Notes: generated by a model not told the origin, from the sequence alone. Counted from the first letter of the stretch, positions 37,921 through 48,463 are shown. The stretch: DNA of 64,000 bases from an uncultured Bacteroidales bacterium (GCA_949297125.1 CASFRS010000020.1:84817-148816); one strand, 5' to 3'. Numbers and translations are program-made.

Positions 37921-38357
37921 AAACCTGTACACCCATATACGGAGTAGATGACTGTCGGCTGATAACGCTCGACAAGCATCACCACCCTAACGGCAATCTC
38001 TCGGTAGTGGAGGGGAACGCCGATGTCCCGTTCGATATCAGACGAGTGTATTACATCTATGACGTACCCGGCGGGGAAGACCGCGGAGGGCATGCGCACA
38101 AGAACCTGTCGCAACTGATAGTCTCCGTCAGCGGCAGTTTCGATGTAACGCTCGACGACGGTAAGGAGCGCAGGAAAATAGTACTGAACCGTCCCTATAT
38201 GGGGCTTCTTGTCCGTCCCGGGATATGGCGCGAGTTGAATAACTTTTCATCCGGAGCGGTAACGCTTGTACTTGCATCGGAACTTTTCGACGAGGAAGAT
38301 TATATCCGCAACTATGCCGATTTCAAGGACTTCCGTAAAAAGGGAGGCGGAGGGTAG
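37917..38357 (+). CDS. WxcM/FdtA-like cupin (sugar 3,4-ketoisomerase family), canonical His pair
   Basis: NGNLSVVE...PFDIRRVYYIYDVPGGEDRGGHAHKNLSQL...GSFDVTLDDG. The ATG overlaps the upstream stop (ATGA). Confidence 0.85.
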   Translation: MKTCTPIYGVDDCRLITLDKHHHPNGNLSVVEGNADVPFDIRRVYYIYDVPGGEDRGGHAHKNLSQLIVSVSGSFDVTLDDGKERRKIVLNRPYMGLLVRPGIWRELNNFSSGAVTLVLASELFDEEDYIRNYADFKDFRKKGGGG

Positions 38358-38596
38358 GCCAACCGTACTCTCACCGCGGGGCATGCGGGAAAGCCGGGAC
38401 GCTTATTCCCCCAACGGTATAGCGCAAGCATATGGCGCGGGTAAGAAGGCAATCTGTACGGTTGCCGTCCAGGAAAACGGAATACAAGCATGAAGAGGGG
38501 GCGGGTCTTTTCCCAGAAGCGTCCCCCGTGCCTTGCGGGGTAAAATGGATTACGGGCAAACCCGTGCTCCAGCCCCGTACTGTCAGGAGGGAAGAG

Positions 38597-38962
38597 CTAT
38601 TTCTTCAGGTCGGCCTGTTTTGTAACAATCCTCGAGGCAACGGGTCTGTTGCCGGCCGAATCGGCTGAAGCTTCGAAAAAGTAGTAAACTACGGCCGAGT
38701 CCCCTATAATAATACCGCTTCCCTCAACAACGGCATCCCCTTTGCCTATTCTCATCGTATCCCCCTCAGGGGTAGCGATAGATATGACGTTCATGGATGT
38801 TTCATCCGTAATTACCCCTGAAGCTGTATTGGCTATCGTTTTCTGAGGATCGGAAAGCGGGTCCGTACCGTCCGGTACATATCCTGCAGGCTTTCCCTTG
38901 TTGCAGGAAAGCAGCCCCGTTGCGAGTGCGATACAGAAACTGAAAGAAACAAGAGTTTTCAT
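38597..38962 (-). CDS. Hypothetical lipoprotein
   Basis: MKTLVSFSFCIALATGLLSCNKG carries a lipobox. Start trimmed to the ATG at 38962; the track start is TTG. Confidence 0.5.
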   Translation of the reverse strand: MKTLVSFSFCIALATGLLSCNKGKPAGYVPDGTDPLSDPQKTIANTASGVITDETSMNVISIATPEGDTMRIGKGDAVVEGSGIIIGDSAVVYYFFEASADSAGNRPVASRIVTKQADLKK

Positions 38963-39129
38963 AGGTTGTAAAATATTGGTTTGGTTCAAGAACTGCGATA
39001 CCCGGCAAGTCTGGCGGCAAATGCGGCATAAAGAACGGCATTACCGGTATGTTGCGCTACGGCGCGGTTGCATGGCGATACCTGCCGTCAGGCCGGCCGT
39101 ACGGGAGGTCGCGCCCGTAGACATATAAC

Positions 39130-39963
39130 CTATCTTAAACCGTATTTGTTCAGAAGACGTCTGAAATTCCGGGTGCTTTTAACCCGTTCCATCCACGTGT
39201 CGAGGCTGTCGAGCAGTACGGGCGATTCTTTCCTTACGCCCCATGACTGTTGCATCTCAAAACTGACAGGCAGGGTTATATCTATCTGTTTAAGATATCT
39301 GGCCATTTTCCTTGCTGTGGAATAATCGCACACCGCATAATCGATAACCCCTTCAGCCACCATTGTTGCAATCTGTTCATTGCTGCAATCTTTCTCGGGA
39401 ACTATATATATCGAGTCGCCTGTTTCCACCGCCAGGTTCTCCAGAATCATCCTTACCGTCTCATCATCCTGTATATGCACCTCCTTGCCGGCCAGTTCAA
39501 CAACCGATTTTATTACCGGCTTCCCGCCATTGTAACGGCTTTTCCTCTGTACTAAAACCTGTTTGTCCGTATTGAGGCCGTCCGAGAGCAACAGCCTCTC
39601 CTTGCTCAGGTCCGAAACGATAATAGGCCTTGCAACTATATCGAAGTCCCTCTTCTCAAGCCCCTCCAGGCTTTTGGCAAGGCTGTTCTCCACAATTACT
39701 GCAAACTTCAGTCCGCTTTCTTTCCCGACAAGTTCGGCCAGTTCATAGTGGAATCCGCTTGCCTTGCCGCTCCCTCCACTATTCCGGGCCTGATGCAAAT
39801 CGGTAACAATCCTCAAAGTATCGTTTGCAATAACTTCGTAGTCGCGTTCCGGTTCGGTTTCCGTATCCTGGAAAAACAGTTCCGCAAATATTATCGATAC
39901 GGCAGAAATCAGTATTATAATGCCGTAGACAAGCAATGCTCCGCCCCTTTTTAATTTTCCCAT
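39130..39963 (-). CDS. Periplasmic substrate-binding-domain protein (SBP_bac_3 / MltF N-domain-like) with an N-terminal TM anchor
   Basis: N-terminal hydrophobic anchor, then LRIVTD...GFHYELAELV...DIVARPI, typical of type-3 solute-binding folds. Confidence 0.65.
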   Translation of the reverse strand: MGKLKRGGALLVYGIIILISAVSIIFAELFFQDTETEPERDYEVIANDTLRIVTDLHQARNSGGSGKASGFHYELAELVGKESGLKFAVIVENSLAKSLEGLEKRDFDIVARPIIVSDLSKERLLLSDGLNTDKQVLVQRKSRYNGGKPVIKSVVELAGKEVHIQDDETVRMILENLAVETGDSIYIVPEKDCSNEQIATMVAEGVIDYAVCDYSTARKMARYLKQIDITLPVSFEMQQSWGVRKESPVLLDSLDTWMERVKSTRNFRRLLNKYGLR

Positions 39964-39992
39964 AGTTAAAATACCGTGTTAAAAAGAGATGA

Positions 39993-41978
39993 TCAGTTTG
40001 TAAAGTCCACGCACACGCCAAACTGGAACGAACCCGGGTTAAGCGGGTAATGCGGCATGGAAAAGTATCTGTTCCCGCCGAACAGCCCTTTGTTGAAATG
40101 CGAGTACATTACATAAAACCTGACCATTTTCAGTTTCATGTTGGCGTAAACGTTCATATAGGGGTAGTTCCCTACCTTGTATTCATCCTGTACGTGGAAA
40201 GAGAGCGTGGCCGGATTATATACCTCGCCGTAATATGCGGTATTGTACCGGCAGTCTACGCCTATCTGCGTATGCAGGACCTTTGCTATTTTGAACAGCA
40301 GATAAAAATTCCCGTAAGCCGAAAGTGCGGGTAGCGGTATAACCGACTGGTTGCTCGAAGCCTGGTATATAGCCTCCAGATCGAGATGGACTATGCTCAC
40401 TTTCAGTCTCTGTTTCAAGGTTGCGGAAAATATCTGTATATTCCCGCTTTCCTGTTGCGGCAGGGACTGCTTGTTGAAATAAACATGGTTCTGGACATTC
40501 TCGAAACCGACATTCAGATACGTTCCCCACGAAGGAATTTCAACCTCTCCGCCCACTCTGAACTTGCGTATCTTGCCGAAATCGTTATTCCATGTGTAAT
40601 GGTTGGAGACATACCGGCGATAATAAAATGCAGGTTCGAGATTCTTGAAAAAGCCGTATGCGCCGATACGCATGGAATCTTTCATGAAAGCGAATTTCGT
40701 CTGCATCCGTCCGTCTATGTCGAACGAACCGAGTTCCGGCCCGGTAAGACCTATTTTCCCGTTTACGTCATAAGTAATCAGCGCACCCTGACGTTTCGAT
40801 ATGTTACCGCCTACCCAGACGACGTTTTCGGTAAACACCTGCGGGTTCCTTACGGAACTGTATCCGTAGCTCTGGTTCGGCAGCAGGGGTATGGCAGGTT
40901 GTTTCAGAATATCGTTCGACACCGGCGAGGCCATTATGTTGAACCTCCTTATTTCATACGTGGCAAAGGCCGAGATACCCATTTTCGCGCGTTTGTTGAA
41001 CCCCTCGTGGAGCGACACCCCGACGGTATTGCTCAACGACCAGTACGATGTCGTATCGTTGGTCGAAGTCTTGTTTATGTATGCGTTCTGGAAATTCCTC
41101 ACATTCTCGGCCGAATCGGTATCAATGAATCTGCGGAAGTTCCTGTTATACTCGACCGTATGGATAAAGCTCATGACCGGAACGTATTCTTCAACCTCAA
41201 CGGTATCGTTTATGACCTTTGTCCGGTAGTGCCCCCATTTGTAGCGGTGCGAGGCATAATAGGTCGCGCCTTTGACACGGTTGAACGCATTGTTGAAATT
41301 GACAGGGATTGACTTTGAATCCACCCCTCCCGTACCGTTGTATACGTCGTCGGGAGTAAGGATAAAGGCATCGTCCGATATGCCGCCGTTTTCCTGGCAT
41401 GCAATATTGTAGGTGTTGAGCATTACATTAAGTTCGTACTTGTCCCCCTTGTAGTTGCTCGATAGCTGCCAGTTCAGGTTTTTTGAAACCTGGTGGTCGT
41501 AATATCCTCTGGAATACAGGTATTCAATGTTCGCCCCGAACCCCAGTTTCCTGTTCACGTTCCCCGAGAAGGCCGCTTTCAGGTCGTCGTTCCTGTTTTC
41601 GCTGCTTGCCCCCGACATGTATGAAAGCAGAGTCATGGGGATACGGGTATTGTAGTACGTATAAGACGACGGAGTAACTATATAGTGGGCGAACGGCTGT
41701 TTGAATATAAACTGGGGGGCGTCCTCGCGCATGAAAAATATCCTGGAATAACCCGCCCCTCCAAGGTTTCCGGTAAAGGCGTAATGCTCGTCGAAACTTA
41801 TCGGCTGGCCAGTCTGGTAGAAATTGAGGTGCAAAGTATCAATCGGCACCCTGTACCGGGTACCGAGAGGTTGAGAAAGCCGCCACGCATAAGGTTCGCC
41901 TACCTGCGTACGTTTCTTTGCGGAGATGAAAGGCACGTTAAGCGCCGTCAAAAAAAGGAGAATCCACCACCTCTTCAT
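39993..41978 (-). CDS. Putative porin (large Bacteroidetes outer-membrane beta-barrel family)
   Basis: Signal peptide MKRWWILLFLTALNVPFISA. 661 aa, aromatic- and glycine-rich beta pattern, ending ...FGVCVDFTN. Confidence 0.6.
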   Translation of the reverse strand: MKRWWILLFLTALNVPFISAKKRTQVGEPYAWRLSQPLGTRYRVPIDTLHLNFYQTGQPISFDEHYAFTGNLGGAGYSRIFFMREDAPQFIFKQPFAHYIVTPSSYTYYNTRIPMTLLSYMSGASSENRNDDLKAAFSGNVNRKLGFGANIEYLYSRGYYDHQVSKNLNWQLSSNYKGDKYELNVMLNTYNIACQENGGISDDAFILTPDDVYNGTGGVDSKSIPVNFNNAFNRVKGATYYASHRYKWGHYRTKVINDTVEVEEYVPVMSFIHTVEYNRNFRRFIDTDSAENVRNFQNAYINKTSTNDTTSYWSLSNTVGVSLHEGFNKRAKMGISAFATYEIRRFNIMASPVSNDILKQPAIPLLPNQSYGYSSVRNPQVFTENVVWVGGNISKRQGALITYDVNGKIGLTGPELGSFDIDGRMQTKFAFMKDSMRIGAYGFFKNLEPAFYYRRYVSNHYTWNNDFGKIRKFRVGGEVEIPSWGTYLNVGFENVQNHVYFNKQSLPQQESGNIQIFSATLKQRLKVSIVHLDLEAIYQASSNQSVIPLPALSAYGNFYLLFKIAKVLHTQIGVDCRYNTAYYGEVYNPATLSFHVQDEYKVGNYPYMNVYANMKLKMVRFYVMYSHFNKGLFGGNRYFSMPHYPLNPGSFQFGVCVDFTN

Positions 41979-42246
41979 GGTGCAGCAAAGATAGTGTAAA
42001 CGCCAAAAAGAGACAAATTTATTTTATCCGCAACCGCTGTGCCGCATATGGCAACGGCATGTGCCGCAACGGCTGCGGATAAATGCGGCCTGGCCTGGAA
42101 CGGTCAGGCGCGCATCGTGCACGAGACAGCACAAGGCCCGGGCAACGGAACGATGCAGAATAAATTAACATATATTATATGCAGCCGGAAATCCAAAACA
42201 ACTCAAGGCGTGTTATTATCATCAGAAAAACGAAAAACTGTTTGAT

Positions 42247-42822
42247 ATGGAACTGGGCATATTTAACTTTTGGGGAAAGACCCGTTACTGGTGGAGCATA
42301 ATGATACTGGGAATATTGCTGATACCTGCGGGGATATGGATGCTGTTCATGCCGGTATCGGGCTATATGGTCATATCCATGCTGCTGGGGTGGGGCCTGT
42401 TGCTTTACGGGGTAATCCAGCTTGCAATATCGGGCGACGTGGAACGGCGCGGGCATGGCTGGGGCTGGTGGCTCGCCGGCGGCATATTCGATATTTTCAT
42501 CGGTTTCCTGCTTGTAAGCAATCTCGTACTCAGCGAGCTCACTTTGCCGTACTTCTTTGCTTTCATCCTGCTGTTCAGGGCAATAAGCAATATAATATCA
42601 TCGGCGGGCATGCCCCGGGGCTACAAGTACAGATGGCTGTATATGGTAAACGGCATACTCCTGTTGCTCGTATCCGCGCTCTTCTTTTACGCCCCATATA
42701 TGAGTACGTACGTGATAGTCTTCATCTGCGCATTCGCATTCGTGTACTGGGGCATATACCTTATACTCTTTTCCCGCGATCTGAAACCGGAAAAGGACGT
42801 GCAGCCGCCGGTTTCGGCATAA
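42247..42822 (+). CDS. HdeD/DUF308 family membrane protein
   Basis: Repeated DUF308 TM pattern (WWSIMILGILLIPAGIWMLFMP; LLGWGLLLYGVIQLAIS). Confidence 0.8.
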   Translation: MELGIFNFWGKTRYWWSIMILGILLIPAGIWMLFMPVSGYMVISMLLGWGLLLYGVIQLAISGDVERRGHGWGWWLAGGIFDIFIGFLLVSNLVLSELTLPYFFAFILLFRAISNIISSAGMPRGYKYRWLYMVNGILLLLVSALFFYAPYMSTYVIVFICAFAFVYWGIYLILFSRDLKPEKDVQPPVSA

Positions 42823-43003
42823 TCCGGGCCCACCGGCACGGCCTGCACACAAAAAAGAGCCAATTGTGTTTTATATATTTCCTATTTTCTTTATCAATAA
42901 GGCGGAAGTTGCGTGAGCAAGATCCGCCTTTAATCATATAACCCTCTCTCCTCCGGAAAAATGGCGTCGGCCCCGTCTGTCCCATGCAAAATATGGTGTT
43001 GCG

Positions 43004-43939
43004 CTATCCCTCCTTCAGCAGTTTCTCCTCCATTTCCTTTCTGGTAGGGCTTGCCGAAACCAGATAAACCCCTGCGGCTATAAGCAGAACCGAAGCAAGT
43101 TTAGGGAAATTAAGCGTGTCCATGCCCATGAAAACGGCCACCGAACACGATATTACAGGTTGCACGTAGTTGTACATGGCACCTACCGTAGGCCTTAAGT
43201 TGCGTTGGCCCACAATAACGAGCAGGTAGCTGATAAAAGTCCCGCCAACCACAACAACGGCCAGCGAGGCTATAACCTCCGGCGCCATCTCCAGCCATTC
43301 CGTTCCCATAAGTTCATTATAAGAAAACGGCAGGGCACACAAAAAGGAGTATGTAAACATCCACTTCATTATGGTAATAATGGAATATTTGCTTACAAAA
43401 CCCTTGAACAGGACAAAATAGAGAGCGTAGCTGCATTGTGCCAGCAGAACAAGCACATCGCCCAGAATCGGGTTGCCGTTACCCGAAGGCGCGCTGCCCT
43501 GGTAGCTGCTTCCTGCAATAAGCAGCAAAGCCCCTGTTGCCCCAAGGGCTATCCCCGTAACCTTTTTGCCCGAAACAGGTTCCTTCAGGAAAAAGGCCGA
43601 TAATACCATGGCTATAAGGGGCATGCTGGTCGCTATAATCGAGGCATCTACGGGCGATGTCAGTTTCACCCCGAAAATGAAGCACCCCTGGTTGAGCACA
43701 ATGGCCAGCATGGCAGCGCCGAAAAGCCTCATCATATCCTTCGGCTCGACAGGCTCTTTCTTGCAGAACAGGGAAATAAGCCAGAAAAGGACCATCGCTC
43801 CGAAAAACCGCAGGTCGGTAACCACAATAGGGGCTATCCCGCCACTGACCATAGCTATTTTTGCAGCAGGGGGCATCGCTCCCCAGAATACATTTGCCCC
43901 GGCCATTGCAATATGGCCCTTGAAATTCTCTTCTTTCAT
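43004..43939 (-). CDS. DMT family transporter (EamA, two repeats)
   Basis: 311 aa with ~10 TM helices and EamA-like repeats. Confidence 0.85.
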   Translation of the reverse strand: MKEENFKGHIAMAGANVFWGAMPPAAKIAMVSGGIAPIVVTDLRFFGAMVLFWLISLFCKKEPVEPKDMMRLFGAAMLAIVLNQGCFIFGVKLTSPVDASIIATSMPLIAMVLSAFFLKEPVSGKKVTGIALGATGALLLIAGSSYQGSAPSGNGNPILGDVLVLLAQCSYALYFVLFKGFVSKYSIITIMKWMFTYSFLCALPFSYNELMGTEWLEMAPEVIASLAVVVVGGTFISYLLVIVGQRNLRPTVGAMYNYVQPVISCSVAVFMGMDTLNFPKLASVLLIAAGVYLVSASPTRKEMEEKLLKEG

Positions 43940-43965
43940 AATCGTACAACGCGAAAAACAGCCTG

Positions 43966-43973
43966 CAAAAGTA
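43966..43973 (-). promoter_or_regulatory. -7 promoter box TACTTTTG (minus strand) for the EamA gene
   Basis: The reverse complement of CAAAAGTA matches TAnnTTTG, ~30 nt upstream of the ATG at 43939. Confidence 0.4.
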
Positions 43974-44131
43974 TCGATAAATAAATTCCGTTGTACACCT
44001 CACCGTATGAAAAAATTTTCGAGGTGCATGAATGTATGCCTATGCTGTTATAACGGGAAGGTTTTGCCGGAGACCGGAGCGTCAAGTAGCCCCTACAAAA
44101 AAGTAGGGCAGAGGGCAGTACATGACAAGAA

Positions 44132-44160
44132 GGCGGGGCGAAGAATCTCTTCGCCCCGCC
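44132..44160 (-). terminator. Terminator hairpin downstream of mutB
   Basis: Perfect 13-bp GC-rich stem GGCGGGGCGAAGA / TCTTCGCCCCGCC with a 3-nt loop, 27 nt after the mutB stop. Followed on the minus strand by TTCTTGT. Confidence 0.6.
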
Positions 44161-44186
44161 TGCAAGAAGTATTTGGATAAACTCCG

Positions 44187-46328
44187 TCAAGCCTCTTCGC
44201 CGAGAAGAATCTCGAGAACCTGGACTGCCGATTTTGCGACCGGAGTACCCGGGCCGAAGATGGCAGCCACGCCGGCCTTGTAAAGGAAATCGTAGTCTTG
44301 CGGCGGAATAACCCCTCCGGCAGTAACTATAATATCCTCGCGGCCGAGTTTCCTGAGTTCCTCTATAACCTGCGGAATCAGCGTCTTGTGTCCGGCTGCA
44401 AGCGATGAAACGCCCAAAGCGTGAACATCATTCTCGACAGCCTGGCGCGCAGCCTCGGCAGGGGTTTGGAACAGCGGGCCCATATCTACGTCAAATCCGC
44501 AGTCGGCATAACCCGTGGCAACAACCTTTGCGCCGCGGTCGTGTCCGTCCTGGCCCATTTTAGCAATCATTATACGCGGCTGGCGTCCCTCTTTCCGAGC
44601 GAACTTTTCAGCCAGTTCAGTGGCGCGGATGAAATCGGCGTCCTGTTTGGTTTCTGATGAATACACTCCCGATATAGTTCTTATTACAGCTTTATAACGA
44701 CCGACAACAACTTCGCAGGCGTTTGAAATCTCTCCCAGTGTAGCGCGTACCTTGGCAGCCTTTACAGCCAGGTCGAGCAGATTGCCCTTCTTCGTCTTCA
44801 CGCATTCCGTTATCGCATCCAAAGCGGCTTTTACAGCTTCGTTGTCGCGGTTGGCCTTCAATGCGTTGAGACGTTCAATCTGCTGTTTGCGCACCTGGGT
44901 ATTGTCCACTTCGAGAATATCGATCGGGGCTTCCTTATCGAGGCGGTATTTGTTTATACCCACTATAATCTGCTTGCCCGAGTCTATTCTGGCCTGAGTA
45001 CGTGCGGCGGCCTCTTCAATTCTCAGTTTGGGCAGCCCCGTTTCAATGGCCTTGGCCATTCCGCCCAGTTTCTCAATCTCCTGGATATGTTCCCATGCCT
45101 TGTGGGCCAGTTCGTTGGTAAGAGTCTCCACATAATACGAACCTGCCCACGGGTCAACCTCCTTCGTTACGTAGGTCTCTTCCTGTATGTATATCTGGGT
45201 GTTGCGGGCAATACGGGCCGAGAAGTCGGTAGGCAGGGCAATGGCCTCGTCCAGGGCGTTTGTATGCAGCGACTGGGTGTGGCCCAAGGCTGCGCCCATG
45301 GCTTCAATGCAGGTACGTCCCACGTTGTTGAACGGGTCCTGTTCGGTAAGCGACCAGCCCGATGTCTGGCAGTGCGTACGCAATGCAAGCGATTTGGGGT
45401 TTTTCGGGTTGAACTGTTTTACAATCTTGGCCCACAGCATTCGTGCGGCGCGCATTTTCGCAATCTCCATGAAGTAGTTCATGCCGATAGCCCAGAAGAA
45501 CGACAGGCGCGGGGCGAACGCATCTATATCCATGCCTGCGTTGATACCTGCGCGCAGGTACTCCAGCCCGTCTGCAAGCGTATAAGCAAGTTCAATATCG
45601 GCAGTTGCGCCGGCCTCCTGCATGTGGTAGCCCGAAATGGATATGGAGTTGAACTTGGGCATGTTCTTTGAAGTATATTCAAAAATATCGGCAATAATCC
45701 TCATGGAGAATTCCGGCGGATAGATATACGTGTTCCGCACCATGAACTCTTTCAGAATATCGTTCTGTATGGTCCCGGCCATCTCTTCCAGTTTTGCGCC
45801 CTGCTCAAGGCCGGCGTTTATGTAAAACGCCATGATAGGGAGCACTGCGCCGTTCATGGTCATGGAAACAGACATTTTGTTCAGGGGGATACCGTCGAAG
45901 AGCACCTTCATATCCTCAAGGCTGCAAATAGAAACGCCGGCTTTTCCCACATCGCCGACAACCCTTTCATGGTCGGCGTCGTAACCTCTGTGCGTAGGAA
46001 GGTCGAAGGCCACAGAAAGCCCTTTCTGCCCTGCGGCCAGGTTGCGGCGGTAGAAAGCGTTCGACTCTTCAGCCGTAGAGAAACCGGCATACTGCCGTAT
46101 CGTCCACGGGCGCATAACGTACATTGTGCTGTACGGGCCTCTCAGGTACGGTTCAATACCGGCAACATAATTCAGGTGTTCCATCCCTTCGAGGTCCTCT
46201 TTGGTGTAAACCGATTTTACGGGAATCAGTTCCGGGGTCATCCAGTCGGCCTCGGGGTTGCACGACGCATTCGACGGGTTACCCGTAAACGCATCAGTTA
46301 TGTTTATGTTTTTGAAATCAGGTCTCAT
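44187..46328 (-). CDS. mutB: Methylmalonyl-CoA mutase large (catalytic, B12-binding) subunit
   Basis: 713 aa with a TIM-barrel substrate domain and a C-terminal B12 domain ([15 protein letters not shown], the DxHxxG motif). Confidence 0.95.
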   Translation of the reverse strand: MRPDFKNINITDAFTGNPSNASCNPEADWMTPELIPVKSVYTKEDLEGMEHLNYVAGIEPYLRGPYSTMYVMRPWTIRQYAGFSTAEESNAFYRRNLAAGQKGLSVAFDLPTHRGYDADHERVVGDVGKAGVSICSLEDMKVLFDGIPLNKMSVSMTMNGAVLPIMAFYINAGLEQGAKLEEMAGTIQNDILKEFMVRNTYIYPPEFSMRIIADIFEYTSKNMPKFNSISISGYHMQEAGATADIELAYTLADGLEYLRAGINAGMDIDAFAPRLSFFWAIGMNYFMEIAKMRAARMLWAKIVKQFNPKNPKSLALRTHCQTSGWSLTEQDPFNNVGRTCIEAMGAALGHTQSLHTNALDEAIALPTDFSARIARNTQIYIQEETYVTKEVDPWAGSYYVETLTNELAHKAWEHIQEIEKLGGMAKAIETGLPKLRIEEAAARTQARIDSGKQIIVGINKYRLDKEAPIDILEVDNTQVRKQQIERLNALKANRDNEAVKAALDAITECVKTKKGNLLDLAVKAAKVRATLGEISNACEVVVGRYKAVIRTISGVYSSETKQDADFIRATELAEKFARKEGRQPRIMIAKMGQDGHDRGAKVVATGYADCGFDVDMGPLFQTPAEAARQAVENDVHALGVSSLAAGHKTLIPQVIEELRKLGREDIIVTAGGVIPPQDYDFLYKAGVAAIFGPGTPVAKSAVQVLEILLGEEA

Positions 46329-46339
46329 AACAAAAGCGG

Positions 46340-48199
46340 TTATTTAATGGAGAGTTTTTCATTAAACGCCTGCAATGTCTCCAATACGTTGCTGCGCACG
46401 TTAATAAACAAATCTATACCCTGAGCCTTCAGCTCTTCTGCGCATTCGGGAGCGCCGGCCACTACGAATATGGCCCGTCCGTCCAGAGCCTTGAAGGCAG
46501 CCGGGGCAAGAGTGGCATACTCTTCATCGCTCGAGCAGAGCACTACAATATCGGCGCCGGCCTTTACAGCAGCTTCAACGCCCTCTTCAACGGTGTCGAA
46601 CCCGAGGTTGTCTATAATCTTGTATCCGGCGCAACCGAAGAAGTTGCCCGAGAATTGCGACCTTGCGAGACGCATGGCGAGGTTGCCGATAGTAAGCATG
46701 AAGACCTTGGGCTGTTTGCCGGCATTTTCCGTAGCCAGGCGCAACGATTCAAATGCAGTTGCGCCGCGTTTGAAGTCCAGAGTGGCGAATTCGGCCTCGC
46801 ATTTGCTTCCGCAACCGCAACCGCACCCCCCTTTGGCTTCGATCTTGTCGGCGGCCTTTTCGTTGATGTTGGGATACTGGTTCGTTCCGAGCAGTATTTC
46901 GCGGCGGCGGGCAATAGCCGTGCGGCGGGCATCGCCCGAGGCATTTATCTTGTTTTGGACGTCCCCGCTTTTTATCGAAGCGTAGAATCCTCCGTTGTCT
47001 TCGGTTTCGTTGAAGATTTTCCATGCCTGTTCGGCAATGGACATCGTAAGGTTCTCCACATAGTACGAACCGGCCGAGGCATCCACAATCTTGTCGAAAT
47101 GCGACTCTTCTTTCAGCAGCAGCTGCTGGTTGCGGGCTATTCTCTCCGAGAAATCGTCGCTCTCCTTGTAAGGAGTGTCGAACGGCAGCACGCAAATCGA
47201 GTCTACTCCGGCAAGGGCTGCCGACATGGTCTCGGTCTGCGAGCGGAGCAGGTTTACATAAGCGTCGAAAACCGTCATGTTGAACTGCGACGTTTCCGCA
47301 TGCGAGGCAATCTTCGCGGCATCTGCCGAGGCAGGCTTGTACGCCGTTACAATTTCGGCCCACAGCATTCGTGCGGCGCGGAATTTGGCTATTTCCATGA
47401 AGAAGTTCGATGAAATGCCGAAGTTGAACTTAATCTTGCCGGCAGCCGTGTCGGCATCGATTCCCTTGTCCGTGAGCATGCTCATGTACTCATTGCCCCA
47501 TGCCAGCGCGAATCCCAGTTCCTGGGTTATGTACGAGCCGGCATTGCAAAGCATCGAGGCGTCCACGCTCAGTACCCTGAACCGGGGCAGTTCCGATGCC
47601 GCATTTACAATATCGGCGCACATGCCGGCCACATCGGCCATGTCGCGGCCTTTCTTCAGCATGCGTTTGAACGGGTCGAAGTTTACCGAACCCTTTACTT
47701 TCGATAAATCCGCACCTTTGCCTTTCAGGTAAGCCGCAAACGTCTCAACCAGGCTTTTGGCCGATTTTACGCAGCAGCAGAAATTGATTTCCACATTTTC
47801 AACATCTATGCCGTCCAGCAGTTTGGCAACCGCATCGGCATTGATATCCTCCTTTTTCAGTTTCAGGCCCAACGAGGATACCCCTTTCCCGAGAATCTCT
47901 TTGGCCTTGGCGTTCGCAGCGGCAGTATCATCCACTGCAATGTCCTGGCGGATAAACCATTTGTTGTCGCATTTAGTACCGCGGATGTAAGGATACTCTC
48001 CCGGAACGGAATCGGTCGATTTCATCCCTTCGGTATTTTCAGCACGATACATGGGTTGAACGTTGAACCCCTCGTTTGTACGCCAAACGAGCTTCTTTTC
48101 AAAGTCGGCGCCTTTAAGGTCGGCTTTTACTTTCTCAATCCACGCCTCGGTAGAGACGGGCGGGAATTGTCCGAATAGTTTTTCTTTACTGTTTGCCAT
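46340..48199 (-). CDS. mutA: Methylmalonyl-CoA mutase small subunit
   Basis: 619 aa, homologous to MutB but lacking the DxHxxG motif. Lies immediately upstream of mutB. Confidence 0.9.
   Translation of the reverse strand: MANSKEKLFGQFPPVSTEAWIEKVKADLKGADFEKKLVWRTNEGFNVQPMYRAENTEGMKSTDSVPGEYPYIRGTKCDNKWFIRQDIAVDDTAAANAKAKEILGKGVSSLGLKLKKEDINADAVAKLLDGIDVENVEINFCCCVKSAKSLVETFAAYLKGKGADLSKVKGSVNFDPFKRMLKKGRDMADVAGMCADIVNAASELPRFRVLSVDASMLCNAGSYITQELGFALAWGNEYMSMLTDKGIDADTAAGKIKFNFGISSNFFMEIAKFRAARMLWAEIVTAYKPASADAAKIASHAETSQFNMTVFDAYVNLLRSQTETMSAALAGVDSICVLPFDTPYKESDDFSERIARNQQLLLKEESHFDKIVDASAGSYYVENLTMSIAEQAWKIFNETEDNGGFYASIKSGDVQNKINASGDARRTAIARRREILLGTNQYPNINEKAADKIEAKGGCGCGCGSKCEAEFATLDFKRGATAFESLRLATENAGKQPKVFMLTIGNLAMRLARSQFSGNFFGCAGYKIIDNLGFDTVEEGVEAAVKAGADIVVLCSSDEEYATLAPAAFKALDGRAIFVVAGAPECAEELKAQGIDLFINVRSNVLETLQAFNEKLSIK
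46808..46825 (-). repeat. Hexanucleotide repeat (TGCGGT) x3 encoding CGCGCG in the MutA interdomain linker
   Basis: The plus strand reads TCCGCAACCGCAACCGCA. The coding strand reads GGG TGC GGT TGC GGT TGC GGA AGC AAA TGC, giving [10 protein letters not shown]. Confidence 0.9.
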
Positions 48200-48321
48200 T
48201 GTCCTTCCAGACCTTTATTGTTATAAAATCAATATCTCTTTTTTACGGATAAACCGCTGTATCCGGGCAATATATGCGGCTCTGCGGCGGGGGTGTCCGC
48301 CGCTGTCCGCATATAACCATA

Positions 48322-48329
48322 CAAAGGTA
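48322..48329 (-). promoter_or_regulatory. -7 promoter box TACCTTTG (minus strand) for mutAB
   Basis: The reverse complement of CAAAGGTA matches TAnnTTTG, ~125 nt upstream of the mutA ATG. Confidence 0.4.
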
Positions 48330-48463
48330 TAAAGATTTGCTCAAAAGAAAAGCATTATGCGTCAAAAACATTCAAAATCCGTACATGCGGCAGGCAAAAC
48401 CGCCCTGTGCACACTCCTGTAACCCATAACCGGAAATACCGGGGGGCAGGAGAGGGGAGGGCA

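Noticed and set aside
48200-48463. Cobalamin riboswitch upstream of the B12-dependent mutAB operon.
   Set aside because: No B12-box (AGYCMGGAGACCKGCC-like), no GCCACTG core and no GGGAA/GGTG..AATCC elements are present. Only a simple ~45-nt hairpin is seen. B12-dependent enzymes are also not typical riboswitch targets.
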